64,000 bases of DNA, from the NCBI GenBank assembly GCA_026770705.1, contig JANJGN010000009.1:164176001-164240000 (forward strand), written 5' to 3'. Below are positions 25,235-38,195 of this stretch, piece after piece (positions within the stretch are counted from its first letter, which is position 1; each line of letters begins with the position of its first letter). A program made the position numbers and the translations under genes. A model generated the notes under the pieces. It saw nothing but the letters and a program-made list of their open reading frames with translations. It was not told the origin of the DNA and did not search any database. The stretch is from Isurus oxyrinchus. Its lineage: Eukaryota.

Positions 25235-25559
25235 GTAAGTGTTACTTTCTACAAACAATGTGGCGAATGAATGTTTTAAATTCATGTCTATCCAAACTGG
25301 TCACTGGTTCAGTTCCTTCAGTTTATCTGAGAAATTGCAACTGGCCAAATTCACTCTCTCTGGTTCCTCAAACATTCTGAACAAGGTCACTAAGTTGCAT
25401 TTTTCATGAAAAATGGACAGGATCAGAAAATATCCCCAAAACATGCAAAAATATTGCCGAATCTCCAATAAACCCATCGAATCAAAATAGCATTTGATTG
25501 ACAGAGCTTTCATAAAGCAATTTGTCTATTTCCAGCAGATGGAATTGTGAAATGCAACC

Positions 25560-26030
25560 TCCAACTGTTGTGTCCTAGTTTGGGAAGGATATCACTGATA
25601 GAATAGAGAAGAATTGAATTAAAATGAACCCTTGGACGAGAGGTTTTAGTCATGAGGAAAGTATCATCACAACTGAGGTGAATGACCAGCTGGAGGACGT
25701 GGAAATTGTTAGAAATTTGGATAAGGTAACTCTAACTATTTCCACTAGTCAGTGAGTCAGCAACAAGAGAGCATTAACTTTAAAATTATCACTAAAAGGA
25801 CAAAGGGAGAAATTTGGAGAATTTTATTGATGCAAACTGTTTTTAGGACATGAAATACCCAACTGAAATAAGTTTACAAACAAATTTAATAATAGATTTT
25901 AAAAGGGAAACAAATGTATGAGGGTGTGGGAAAAGGACAATGAAATGGAATTAAATGAGGAGATCATTCAGAGAACCAGCATTCGAGTGATGGGCTGAAT
26001 TCCCTCCCCTGTGTTGTAAAAATTCCATCA
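25560..26030 (+). mobile_element. Old CR1-type 3' fragment
   Basis: Degenerate similarity to the CR1 tail at 6905-7350. Confidence 0.5.
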
Positions 26031-26308
26031 CTCCAGACAAAATCTCAACTTATCCTGTCTAAAAAATTAACTATTCCCTCCCCATAAAACAGTGACCCTG
26101 GTTCTGAAACAAGGAGGACTTTAGCCTATTTGAATGTAACGGTTCAATTTTCTGCAGAGTGGGTGCAGCATGTTCACCGAGAAACACCAACATGGGCACA
26201 AAACAAAGAGAATCACATTTTCACCTGAGCAGCAGGAGACAGGAATTTACATATGCAAATATATTGACTCTGGTCATGTGGTCTCTTGCCTCAGTTGTCA
26301 GGGAAGAA

Positions 26309-26458
26309 GGGTGGAATTTTACACCCCCATTGCGGCAGGGACTGGGCTGTAAAATGCAGCCAGCCATTCTAAACTCCATGCACTCCAGCAGGACCATAAA
26401 ATCCCACTGTCACAAGGCTCAGACCAAAGGCTGTCAGCAGCAGGTAGAAATTACACCT
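26309..26458. mobile_element. MITE-like element of about 150 bp
   Basis: Imperfect TIRs GGGTGGAATTTTAC / GTAGAAATTACACC; also at about 62032-62181. Confidence 0.45.
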
Positions 26459-26479
26459 GTAAACTGTGTTTGTACTGGA

Positions 26480-26990
26480 GTTGTCAGCAGGGACTCAGTT
26501 GCACTCTGACCTTTGATGCCAGTCTTTTGTAGTTACAAGTTCCCCTTAAGAGTTAAAATTCAAGCTGATACCATGATCCAGCACTGAGGTAGTGCTATAC
26601 TGGTGGTGGTGCTGCTGTGTAGATGAGGTATTAAACTGAGGATCCACATCCCCCTTAGGTAGATGTAAACAATTCCAGGGTATTATTCACAGAATAGGGA
26701 AGTTCTCCTGGCGTCCTTGAAGCCTTTATTCCTCAACCAATACACACAAATAGGGAGCAGGAGCAGGCCATTTGGTCTTTTGAGCCTGTTAATGTCACTA
26801 CAAAACAGATCATCTAGTGAATGTTTTACTGATGTTTGTGGGGCTTTGCTGTGTACGAATTAACTTCCACGTTTCTTGATATTAAAACTGTGGCTTTACT
26901 TCAAAAAAGTACTTCATAGGCTCTGAAGCACTTTGGAATATCCCAAGGTTGTGAAAGGTGATGAATCAACACAACTTGTTTCTTACTTTT
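26480..26990 (+). mobile_element. Deu-domain SINE (SacSINE1/AmnSINE-like)
   Basis: gcactgaggtagtgct...gatgaggtattaaactgagg...gtagatgtaaa...tttgtggggctttgctgtg...cttcaaaaaagtacttcat...gaaagg follows the DeuSINE motif order as I recall it. Confidence 0.75.
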
Positions 26991-27561
26991 TGAAACAAAC
27001 CATTTATTAAAATACATCTGAACCAATTATCTGAGTGCAAACTGCAGGGGGGGGAGGGGGAGGGAGGAGCCAGTCCCAGCAGCAAGGTGGTCATTATAAT
27101 TAAATGGTCAGAAAATCACTGGCAGGTTTGAGACATTCATGGTCAGTGGGTGAAGGTTGTCATCTTTACTGCAAGCTCAGAAAACTGCCCCCAAAGTGCA
27201 GAAAGTGACCATTGCCAGTATTAGGATGTGACTGTTTAATGTGTTCACATGAAATTCATGTCAAGAAAGTGTATCTCTGGATTGCAGTCCACCAACTTGA
27301 GCCCTTATCAGGCCCACTAGTAACTCTGTCCCACCAACTCTCAGATATAGGAAAGAAAGTGAAATTACCAGTAAAGATAGATCACCATCAGGTATCAGCA
27401 ACCTCTCCACTTGTGACCAGAGAGGGGTAAATTACACAGAAATCAATTCTACCAGCCAGGCTTTTCCTCAATTAATGAGGTTCCATTTGACAATGATGCT
27501 CTCTCAGTTGAATACAAGTGAAAATGAGGTGAATCTCAATGTTATTCCCTTGTGTCAACAG

Positions 27562-27679
27562 GACGTGAGTATTGTTGTGAAGCTTGTACAAGAGTATCAC
27601 CAACTACATATTTGACAAGTACAGATATAATTTCCACTACCAATCGAGCCACAACTTCAGATCCCGAAAATGCTGAAAG
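27562..27679 (+). CDS. CD300/pIgR-like receptor copy A, exon 4 (Cys cluster plus Thr/Ser-rich stalk)
   Basis: Open GREYCCEACTRVSPTTYLTSTDIISTTNRATTSDPENAE; aacag acceptor phase 1 and AG|gtacaa donor phase 2 match both neighbouring exons. Confidence 0.85.
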
Positions 27680-28239
27680 GTACAATGTTCTCATGGATTG
27701 GCATTGCTTCCATATGTGAGAGATACAATTGGCCAAAGGAGTGAAAGTTGTTCATTAATTGTAAAGTAGCTCATCAGAATGGAAATGGTGGCTGGGTTTA
27801 TATCATGCTGTTGTGTTAGCTTCTTAATGAGGCTGCATTTTTCTGTTGGAAAATACAAGCAAGGAGTGAGCTTTTCCATTGTGTTGCCGCTCAGATGGTG
27901 TTTTTTGCCTTATTCACCTTGATTACTTCACCGCTAAGGTAATCTCACAGTGTGTGAGGAGTTGTACTTGTCAAACTTACCTTGCTGCTGTCTACACTGA
28001 CAGAGTACTTGTATTTGGGCTGATGAAAAGGAAGAATTAGCGTGATATATCTGCACATCCCTTGGTTTCACTAATGAGAGACATCTTGCAACTCTGGTCC
28101 CATTTCCATATTATTAGCCTAAGCTGTTGACAATAAGTAGCAGAAATTGTAGTCCGATGTAAACACTCAGGAATCAGGTCTTTGAAGTTACAATGGTGAT
28201 AAAGAGAAAATGCCAACTAAATGTCAAACAGAAAGAGGG

Positions 28240-28450
28240 ACAGTTGGAAATGGACAGCAGGTATGTCCGCAGCTGTGGAGAAAATAAACACGTTCATGGT
28301 TTGGGTGCAGACACTTCTTCAGAATTCTAGTCCACACACGAAGCGAAGCAGGTCCACTCACCCCACAGATCCCAACTGAGCTGCTGAATGTTTCCAGAAT
28401 CTTCTGTTTTCCATTCATATTTCTAGCACATGCAGTGCTCTTACTTTTAT
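28240..28450. mobile_element. Old Penelope-pLTR-like short element
   Basis: Minus strand ttCTGAAGAagtgtctgcacccaaaccatgaac is a decayed hammerhead-like motif; flanks resemble pLTR ends. Confidence 0.4.
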
Positions 28451-28491
28451 CCAGATTATTGTCAATGATTTAAAAAGGATTGAAAGTCTAT

Positions 28492-28760
28492 GGTCTGAAT
28501 TTTCCGCTCGGCGGGGGTGGGGGTGGGTAGAGCGGGAGCGAGCACGGGCAGCTGTGGACCCCATCGCCATCCACCATCGGGTTTTTGACGCCATTTTGCG
28601 CGGGCGGCCAATTTAGGCCATCCCAGCGTATTTCCCGGCTCCCGAGGATAGCGGCAGTGGGCGAGAAGCGGGGAGTGTGCACAGACAACCGGGTCCAATG
28701 GTGACCCAGCGGCCTGTTTAAATGAAGGCCTGGCAGCCTGTTCCAGCTGCTCACAATGGC
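28492..28760. mobile_element. CpG-rich non-autonomous TIR-element fragment
   Basis: Starts ggtctgaattttcc, similar to the Harbinger TIR; abrupt GC/CpG shift. Confidence 0.45.
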
Positions 28761-29022
28761 CAGTGCAAAGAATTTTCACTTACAATTTAGCTTAATATTA
28801 CAGTTAGACATTATGGACATGCTAAAGAAATTTGCTTCGTTTGATTTTTATCTAATGATCATGAAGTTGATAAGTAAAACTTTAGCTGATTCTTTCAGCT
28901 AAAGTCCCTTGTCTACTTTATGTTGCTGCAAAAAATTACAGTGTAAAGCAGAGAGTCATGTTTCAAAAATGAAACAGTCTCATTTCATTTAAATGGTTTG
29001 ATATTTCTTCTCTTTTGCTCAG

Positions 29023-29113
29023 TTACATTATCTGGGATGTGATACGCTGGGTGCTCTTTACTCTCCTGGTGATTTGTGCTGTTTCAGGCACATGGTGTAC
29101 GAGAAAATCTAAG
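29023..29113 (+). CDS. CD300/pIgR-like receptor copy A, exon 5 (transmembrane, YIIWDVIRWVLFTLLVICAVSGTWCTRKSK)
   Basis: Hydrophobic helix followed by a basic stop-transfer; ttttgctcag acceptor phase 2 and AAG|gtgaga donor phase 0. Confidence 0.9.
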
Positions 29114-29158
29114 GTGAGAGTTATGGACTGTATAAGAATCATTATGGGCAGTTTGCAA

Positions 29159-30083
29159 TGTTATGATGTGGCAGATGATGTGTGTCAGGCAGACCAAATC
29201 CACGAGTGAAACTTGGTCGAGCTGTCACAACGGTTTTGCAATTTATATTTATTATGAGATGCATGCACTGAATTCAGACACCATAAGTCTACCAAACTTT
29301 TAGAGATTTAAAAAATATATCGTTAAATATATTTATTAGCAAAAGATAGATTTCAATTACATACATAAGTCTACTAATTTCTTCGATAATAACTCGTAAA
29401 ATTCCTAATTAGCCTTACTCCCAGTTACACCTCCTTTAAGGCAACTGTACAAAGAATAGATATTAGGTTTCAAGCAGATCCAGCAAATTGACACAATGAT
29501 CTAGACAGTGGAATTCCAAATGGCTTTCACCAGCTTCAGTTTCGTTAGACAGCAGGCTTATGCACAAATGCTGGAGGCTTCATTAAGGCTACTTCAAACA
29601 CATCTGTTAGGTCTCATATGGACTTCTCCTGACACATAGCCTCATTCTCCTTTATATATGTTTCCCTCTATTTAACATGTAAACCCTATTGTTTCAGATA
29701 CCTTTGAAACTGTGTCTTCCTCACAATGTAAAAACTTTCATGTCGATACTATATATTGTCAGTAACCTTTGAGATAAAGAAACACATTCCTTCATCTTGC
29801 TTAGCTGCCTAATTGTGAAGAGACTAAAATACTTTTGAAATCCAAATCTCCCTTCATTTACCTAAAAAGGCAAATTCCCTTTACACTTTACTTGCTAAAC
29901 CAGTATCCATGTTTACTCATTAGCATGTCAAATACCTAGCTTCTTTTGTTGAGTTATATCATGCCATCTACCTGATTCCAAATGTAATTAAATCTCACAC
30001 AGACAGACCCAAACACTTACCCCCATAAACCTACTCCACAATAAAGCAGAAAATATTATGAAAATTATTATACTTTCATGACA
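29159..30083. mobile_element. Solo LTR-like element (925 bp)
   Basis: Termini TGTTATGA...TCATGACA (imperfect inverted repeat); flanks GCAA/GTAA may be a 4-bp TSD. Confidence 0.6.
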
Positions 30084-30189
30084 GTAAATTCTCCATCAAT
30101 TATTTCAAAAACATTGATCACAGATATTGTCAAGAAAAACTTGCATTGATGTTAAGGTCCACAGATTGAAACAAGGTGTTTTACAGATT

Positions 30190-31135
30190 CTATGGGCAGA
30201 ATCATCTGAGATTTGCACAAAGTGCAGTAGTGAGTGGGAAAAAGGACATCCCGGGTGTGAAAAAACAGCACAGACCAAGACCCTGATTTCCCAGTTTTTA
30301 CTGGTGTTCCATGTTAAAGTATATGAGCCCCACTCAGGCCCGTATTCTTATTTCCCATTTTTTACTGTTTTTCCCTTCTGGGATATTATCCGCCGGCTGC
30401 AATGGCAGATTTTCACACCTTATTATCCTATTCCTGGCACGTCCCACCTCATTAATTATGCGTTCACTGGAAACACACCGGGTCGCTGGTGGGAAGGCCT
30501 CTGACGCGCCACCCCACCGTCACCTCAGGCCTTCATTTATCCAGACGCCCTATTTAAAGGCCGTTTCTGCAGAGAGATGGCTCTCTCTCTAGGCATCAGA
30601 AACTGCTAGGAATTCATAGCTGCCAAAGGGAGGAAACATGTTGCATCCAAAATTTAGCACTGCCTCCCTCAGCCTACTGGGCACTGTGAGAGCTGCCGTG
30701 AAGTCCTCTACCCCAATTCTAGGCGAAGACCAACAAGCATGGCAACAAATCTAGCATGGGAGGTGGTGGCAGCAGTGGTCAGTGCCAATGCACTGCTAAA
30801 GAGGACAGCCACCCAGCGCTGAAAGAGGATGAATGGTCACCTTCTTTCTGCTAGGTTAAATCACTTTTCTCATCACTCACAACTCAAAAACCCATCACAC
30901 ATTCACTGGGATCTCACTCAATACCAGTTCAAAGGACATCACCATTCTCCCTCTCACACACACCTTCCTCTGCCCTGCCGTTCCTGTCCTCATCCATGGC
31001 ACCACTTACCACCCACACGTGCCGGGTGCCCTTCTCATGTGACCTGGCAGGCACCCTGCTTACGCTCTCTCCATCTGTATTCCTGCAGAACAAGCTGGAT
31101 GATGTCAGGGATCTGACACTTACTGAGAATATAGG
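30190..31135 (+). mobile_element. Harbinger Myb/SANT-family 5' fragment
   Basis: AWEVVAAVVSANALLKRTATQR*KRMN at about 30755-30835. Confidence 0.7.
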
Positions 31136-31139
31136 AGTC

Positions 31140-32375
31140 ACGGACACTCCCTTGGAATCGCACGCAGACCCGTGGAAGCTCTTGCTGTTTGTTTAAATAT
31201 TTCTTGCCATTCCATCTCATAATCATCTTTCTCCCTCTTTATTCGTTTTTTGGTCATCCGCTGCTGGTTCCTAAAAAGTTCCTAATCCTCAAGCATACCA
31301 TTAGTTTTCCCCCCTTTTTATACTTTAGTTGTTGATTGGATACTCTCTCTGACTGCCGTCGTTAACCATGGGTGGTTCATCCTTCTCATCAAGTCCTTCC
31401 TTTTGAGCGGGATAAATTTTTTCTGAGCGTTATGAAATATTTACTTAAATGTCTGCCACTGCTCACCCACTGACCTTCCTGTTAGTCTATTCTCCCAGCC
31501 AACTCTTCCTTCATAACTCTGTAATTGGCCTTATTTAGGTTGAGGACACTGGTTTTAGAGACGAGCTGCTCACCCTCAAACAGAATTTCAAATTCTACAA
31601 TGTTGTGTGATCGCTATCCCCTAGAGGATCCCTAACTACACGATCTCTTATGAATCCTACCTCATTACGCATTGCTAGATGCAAAATAGCCTGTTCCCAA
31701 GTAGGTTATGCAACATATTGCTGAAAGAAACTATCCTTGGTACACTCTACAAATTTGTCTTCCAAGTTAGCCCTGCCTATCTGATTTCTCCAGTCAATAT
31801 GCAGATTAAAATAATCCATGACAATTGTAGAACCCTTCTTACATGCCTACATTATTTCCCAATTTATGCTTTGTCCTACAGTGAGCAAACTCTTTGGAGG
31901 CCCATAGATGAGTCCAACGCATGGCTCGTTCCCCTTACTAATTGTTATTTCTACCCAAACTGATTCCACATCACGATCTCTGCCAGCTATATCACCACCG
32001 CACTGATACCTTCATTTATTAACAAAGCTACCCCACCTCCTTTTCCTTTTTGCCATTTTTTTCGGATTGTCGAATACCCTTGAATATTGAATTCCCAGTC
32101 TTGGTCACCCTGCAACCATGTCTCTGTCATGGCTATCAAGTCATATCCATATATTTCTATTTGTGCCGTCAACTCATCTGCGTGCATTCAGATAACAAGC
32201 CTTAAGCTTGGATTGTTTACCATTATTGCCCATTCTGGTTCTCATTTCTGCTGCACTCTTCTGCTCCTTGTCCTGCCCCTTCTCATCATACTTTGATTAC
32301 CATTCGGCTCTTCACTACCCAGCACCTCTGCTCTCTCATTTCCTTTAGATGTTTTAAACTTCCCTTCAATTGTCC
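31140..32375 (-). mobile_element. CR1 LINE fragment (endonuclease), paralog of 295-1530
   Basis: ORF 31987-32187(-). Confidence 0.85.
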
Positions 32376-32898
32376 CTGTTACTATGATCCCATGTAATCC
32401 ATCCATAATAGAAACATTCCATAGTTTAATCTAATCTTACAAAATAATCGATACAAGAAAAGGAAGCGAGGAAATGAAGGCAGAATCTAACAGAGCATCA
32501 GAGATGATTGTTTGTCAACAAGAACACAAGGAGACGTAAAATTATACAGACTGCAACAGGAGACTGAGATACAGACCCAAGAGAATTGTTACTGGAAGCA
32601 GCAATTGCACTGTATAAAATATATTTAATAAAGTAGCCACAGCAATCAATTTCTACCCATAACGCCAGTTGCAGGGGAACATTAGTTACCCATGAGAAAA
32701 TGGTGTTACATCTCTTCAAGAGGGGCACAACTGATAACTTTTCCCAGCACATATGCAATGGGTGAGGAGTGTGATGTTGCCACAGCTCCAGTTCATCACA
32801 TGCTTTGCCTCGATTTGCTGGCATAGCCAGAATTCTGTTCACATGTAAAATAATGCATCGTTCTCAGTCTCAATTAATCTGGTGATTTTCAGTTCCAG

Positions 32899-32934
32899 AC
32901 ACTCAACGGATCAGATCCTCAGAGCTTGACCTAA
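32899..32934 (+). CDS. CD300/pIgR-like receptor copy A, probable exon 6 (short tail TLNGSDPQSLT*)
   Basis: ttccag acceptor in phase 0 in non-TE sequence after the TM exon; total CDS 927 nt = 308 aa plus stop; AATAAA at 33042. Other tail exons cannot be excluded. Confidence 0.5.
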   Translation, partial: TLNGSDPQSLT

Positions 32935-33268
32935 GAGGGAAAATGAAGATTCCGGGGTTACATCTACATTGATGGAATTTTTCATCCTGACAAAATATTC
33001 ATTATTCGTCGAGCTTTGAATTTCTTTTAATAATTCTACAGAATAAAAATCGATTTTCTCATCAAATAATTTTGACCATTAAATTAGTGGAGCAATCAAA
33101 AAGCAAAATGATGGCTGCGAACTTCAATTTGTATATCTACATCCTGACAATAATTTCTCTGTTTGCTGCCTTAGTGTCTACACAACTTTATTTCTTGTTT
33201 TAAGACTATCAAATTCTTTAAGAAATAAGCAACTTGAAAGGTTCATTTATTGGAAACCAATCGCTTCA

Positions 33269-36200
33269 TATTATGATGCAGCTGAGCTAAATGCTGAGCG
33301 GTTCAAATCCAGGAGGGAAACTTGAACCAACTGTCATAACTAACTGTTGCAATTTGTATGATTGAAGATGCAGGCTTTAAATTCAGTAGTAATAAGACGA
33401 CTGAGTCTCAACAGGTTTTTATAAAACTAAATTAAACATTTATTAATACAAGAAAGATTGTGAGCACATGCATATGTTGACAAAATTACTACTATAATGT
33501 CTACAAAAATCCCCTAATTAATCTGGCTCCAAGTTATACCTCCGTTAAGGCATCAGTAAAACACATGGATTTAAACAGACCCTGGGCAAAGCTCACTCTG
33601 GACGGTCACATTCAAATTGAGTTTCTTTCAGCTCTGGCTCTTTGCAGACAGCGGCTTGAGGCTTACGGACTGGAGGCTTTAGTTCTTAGAATCGCTCTCC
33701 TTTTTACCAACAGCCTTCTAATCCTTTTTACACATTTTTCTCTTTGAATGCAATTTTCATTCTACCACTATTTCTTTTGAAATTTTAACTCTTCAAATAA
33801 TAAGACACTTTCATACGACCCACTTTATTAGTAATCCTTGGGAAAAATAAACAAACACACAGTTTCTGAGCTTCACCTGGTTAGGTGTAATATTTCACAC
33901 CATCTCTGAACCCAAGGTAGGGGAGTTAGTTTAAAGAAAAAATGCAAATTGCCCCCATATTTACCTAATTAACATTTCAAACCTATCCTTTTCTATACAT
34001 CAAAGCCTCTAGACAAGCTGGCTTTAATCCAATTAGGACACACACACACACAGAGGGCAGGATTTTCCAAGCCCGCTGGCAGCAGGTGTAATAAGTGGCA
34101 TGTGTGGATAATATGGTGTGAGCTGCTTCACAATGGCAGCATGAAGGCAGGTTGTGATCGTCCGCTCAGCCCACCTACAGCGGGTCGTGCTTCCCGCTAT
34201 CGGTCAGCGGGGAGCTAATTGTTATACATCAGCATGTAAATAAAAGGCCATCCTGCCAGGCTCTTGGAACCCGGCCGTATCCTCTGTCCACGTTAGCGGG
34301 AAAGCACGCCGACGTGATTCACAACAGCACACAGGCAATTTGTACCTGGTGGCCTTGACTCTGGGGGAAATGGGGTGAGTGAGCAGCAGTGTTCTCCACA
34401 GCTTGCCTGTTGTTTACAGGCTTCAGGGATGCCTGACCCCGGATGTGACTGCTGAGAGGGGGGTCTCCGGGGGGGGTAAGAGCTGGCCAGCCTTGAAATG
34501 CTGAGGGCAAGGTGTCTAGTGGCAAGTGCTGGCTGCCTTGGAGGTGGATACTGAGGGGGAGATGTCCGGGGTCATGTGATGATCAACCTCAGAGGCGAAT
34601 GGTGTCGGTGGCTCCATGCTCAGGACCATCTCAGATGCAGCCATTAAACTTAAGACGCATCTGGTGCTGCGTCCTCCTTCAGTACCTCAGCCCTTTCAGG
34701 AGCTGGTGCGCAGTATCACTGGTCACAGATGCTGGTGTGATGGGGGTCAGCCCCACCTTAAAGATGCTGAGAGCTCACAGAGAGAATGAGAGAACTCTGT
34801 GGGGCCTGCCCACTCCATTCTGGCAGCAATGCCCAGCACCGCCGAGGTGCGGGCATCAGTAATGTGTCCAGGGAGTGTGAGGCTGGACCATCACTGTTAT
34901 CTGAAGGTTGCACAGAGCACAGGGAAAAGGCCCTGGACTCATACACCTGCCCTTTATCTTACACAGGAAGGTTTCACATCTGAGTGACAAGAACACTGCT
35001 CATCAGAACAAGGAGCCACAGGCAGGGTGACATTCTTAGGAGTTTACCGACAATAGTGAACAATATGTACATGTGACCAACACCCGTACCCAGGCTGTGC
35101 AACTACATTTCCCTAACTTTCCTAACTCTGCCACTACATCTTGCTGCTCCCCGGACATCCACAGCAGAGGTGGAGCTAACCTGCTGCATGTGACGCCCTG
35201 TCTGTGATGACACTGGTGGGCGTCCTCTGGAGGGCTGAGACTTGGTGGGCCCCGGCCTGCTTTCGGGGTCCTGCTGTGTGGTAGTGGCCCCCTCCTCGGC
35301 CTGGGGGGCTGGAGCTGCTGAGATCCTAGGAAGAGGGGAGTCGGGTTGGCCAGTCACTCCCAGAACCTCCTGAGTCGATGGCCCCGGAGTGTGTACCTGC
35401 TGCTCCTCCTCCCTATCGGTGTCTGAGGGCCCCTGGCTGACTCTGAGAGCGGAGGATGTAGCTGGAGTGAGACTTAGCTAATTGTAACCCCTCTCTCATA
35501 CACACTGTTGGAGGCTAAATATAGCATCAGCGATGGAGTTCACAGTGCACAGCAGCACAGGAGTGACGTCCTGGGCCAAGGTCTCCATGGCAGCTGCCAT
35601 CCTGCCATTGTTGACCTCAGTGTATTGCAGCGCCGGAGTTATCACATCAGCCTGAAGATAGACAGTCCCCTCCATCATGCCTTGCAATCTGAGGAGTGCA
35701 GCGGGCATCCCTTCCTGATGTTCCCGAGCTTGCCTTTGCAATTCCAGTAACTGTGACATGACCGAGCCCAGAGGCTGTCATCTGACTCGGACTCAGCAAC
35801 ATTGTGGCCTCCAGCATCCTCTGAGGGGCAGGGGACCTGGGAAGTCCCTGCCTCCACCTGCTGTAGATCAAACAGTGCGATGTGCTCCCAGATTGTGATC
35901 CTCAGGCTACTCTAAAGCTAGGTCCCACTGAGGTGTGTGTCTCTGCGCTGGCAGAGGCTGTGGGTGAGCTCTGTGACGGAACTTCAGGGAGAGTGCCTTC
36001 AGATTCCTCTTCAGAGGTTTCTTCAGGAGACCCTGGGTCATGGACTCTGTCGGCTGCTTCCCAGATGTGTCTGTGAAAGCAAGGGGAGATAATGAGTGCA
36101 TGGCAGTGGCCTGTGATAAAGGACACATCACTCACAGCATGGTTATCTGATGGGTGTTGCACTGCTGGACCCTCACTTGATAGGGCAGTGCCAACCTTAC

Positions 36201-37139
36201 CATCAGCACAGGACCGGCCCCGATCATTGCCGGTCAGCTGGATGGCTCTGCTTTCGAATTCTGTCAGAACTTTGATCTCCGGCATCCCTCCACCTGTCTC
36301 TGACCTTTCCCCCCTGTTGTGTGCCAGTTTGTCCTGTGTGGATATGGATGGGGACAGTGTGTCAGGATGCCTGCAGGGGACAGATGATAAGTATGCCTGG
36401 CCTGTGTGGGTGGGGAGTGGTCCCGTGGACAGGGTGAGAACAATGAAGGTGTATGTGAACAGGTGAATGGTGATGTCCCTTGCACTGGCAGTGAGTGAGG
36501 GCCCTGTAGATGTGTGATGGGTTTGTGAAAAGAGTGACTTACCCTGGAGGAACGGAGGAGATCATTCATCCTTTTGCGGTACTGGGTGACTGTCCTCCTC
36601 TGCAGGACGTTCACACTGACCACCGCTGCCTCCACCTCCCAAGCCGGGTTGGGTACTTTGCTGCCCACCCTGCGGTCAGAGCGTGGGGTAGAGCACATGC
36701 CTGTGCCCCTCCACGGCATCCAGCAGTCGCTTGAGGGACCCATCAATGAAGCAGGGGTCTGCAGTCTTTTTTCCCTCTGCTGGCCATGTCTCCCAGGCAG
36801 GGGTGGTGAGCTGGTGGCGATGAGCGCTTTGATGGTAGCTGCCTTTTAAAGATGGTGGCCAGCGTGTTGTAACAGCGGGGTGATGGTGCGTGGGCGAATG
36901 AGAGCCCGCTTGCCATGGAAACGGTGTGTTTCACGGGGGTGAATAAATAATGAGCCGGGTTCGGGATGATATGGTGTGAAAACCCGTCATCTTCGTCGGC
37001 AGGTAGGACTCCATTTTACCCACCCGCTACCGCACTTAGTGCAATTCTGGGAAAATTCTGCCCACAGGTACAGACACCACTAAACTCTCATTTAAAATAA
37101 TTTCCAATAACATTATAAACATTAATATAACGCTTCACA
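33269..37139. mobile_element. Solo-LTR-like element, paralog of 2425-6294
   Basis: Duplicated sequence with the same CTTCA flanks. Confidence 0.5.
34055..37063 (-). mobile_element. Harbinger Myb/SANT element, paralog of 3211-6218
   Basis: Same TIRs and ORF fragments. Confidence 0.8.
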
Positions 37140-37749
37140 CTTCAATAATATGTTTTACATGGGATGGAACCTTTATAACAGTAGAATGGGAGACCCACAG
37201 GTATAATAAAGAAGGTGTTTTCCTTTTTGAAACCTGATATGATCTTAATGTTATTATGTTATGATTTTTATCCATATTTTAGCAAATACAATCTACACTT
37301 TTGAGGAATTTCCTGTTTCCTAATGACCACAAGCGCAGTTTCAAGCACGAAGCCTGATTCCCTGTTTGACCACCTCCTCTCTTGCCCCCTCCATTGCCTC
37401 TGTGCTGTCAGACTGCCTGTCCAGCTGTTTGTCCAACAGCCAGTCCCAGATTACAACTGAACATTGTGAAGACTGAAGCCACTGTCTTTGTCCCCACTAC
37501 AAACACTTTTCCTTATAGCCACTGATTCTATCCACCTCCCTGTCCAATTGAGTTTTCATCCAATGTTGTTCTTACCTACAAATTCGACTGCTCCAATACC
37601 ATCCTAGTTGACCTTACATCTTCCACCCTGAACCAACTTAAGCTCATCAAAACCTTTGCTGCCAGTTTTACGATGAGTAAGGCTCTATATCAATGCAAGT
37701 TATTGTTCTTGTGCTCCACACTTCCCGGTAGGAAGTAACATGTTGGACC

Positions 37750-38195
37750 AGAAAGTGCAGGAGGGGTTTAGAGGAATGGTTCCAAGAATAAGCAACTTCA
37801 GTTACGAAGATAAAGTGGAGAGATTGGGACTGTTCTCCTTGGGGAGGAGAAGGCTAAGAGGAGATTTAATCGAGGTGTTCAGAATCATGAGGGGGCTGGA
37901 TAGAGTAGAGAAGGAGAAACTGTTCCCACTCGTAAAAGGGTTGAGAACAAGAGGGCACAGATTTAATGAGATTTGCAACAGAAGCAACTGTGATGTGAGA
38001 AATGAACATTTCCACATGAGTAGCTCGAGTTTGGAAAGCGCTGCCTAGAGTGTGGTGGATGCAAGTTTAATTGAGGCTTTCAACGCTTTCTATTATTTGA
38101 ATAGAAACAATGTGCAAGGATACAGGGAAAAATCAGGAGAATGGCACAAAGTCATATTGCTCATTTGGAGAGCCGGTGCACACACGATCGGCCAG
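37750..38195 (+). mobile_element. CR1 LINE 3' fragment, paralog of 6905-7350
   Basis: ORF 37740-38048 identical to 6895-7203. Confidence 0.9.

Larger units (their letters stand above)
1..30844. repeat. Tandem segmental duplication, unit 1 (phase set by the window start)
   Basis: Sequence at 1 (tttctgctaggttaaatc) recurs at 30845; ORF track is duplicated colinearly (e.g. 835/31679, 5419/36264, 24910/60633, 27542/63262). Confidence 0.97.
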
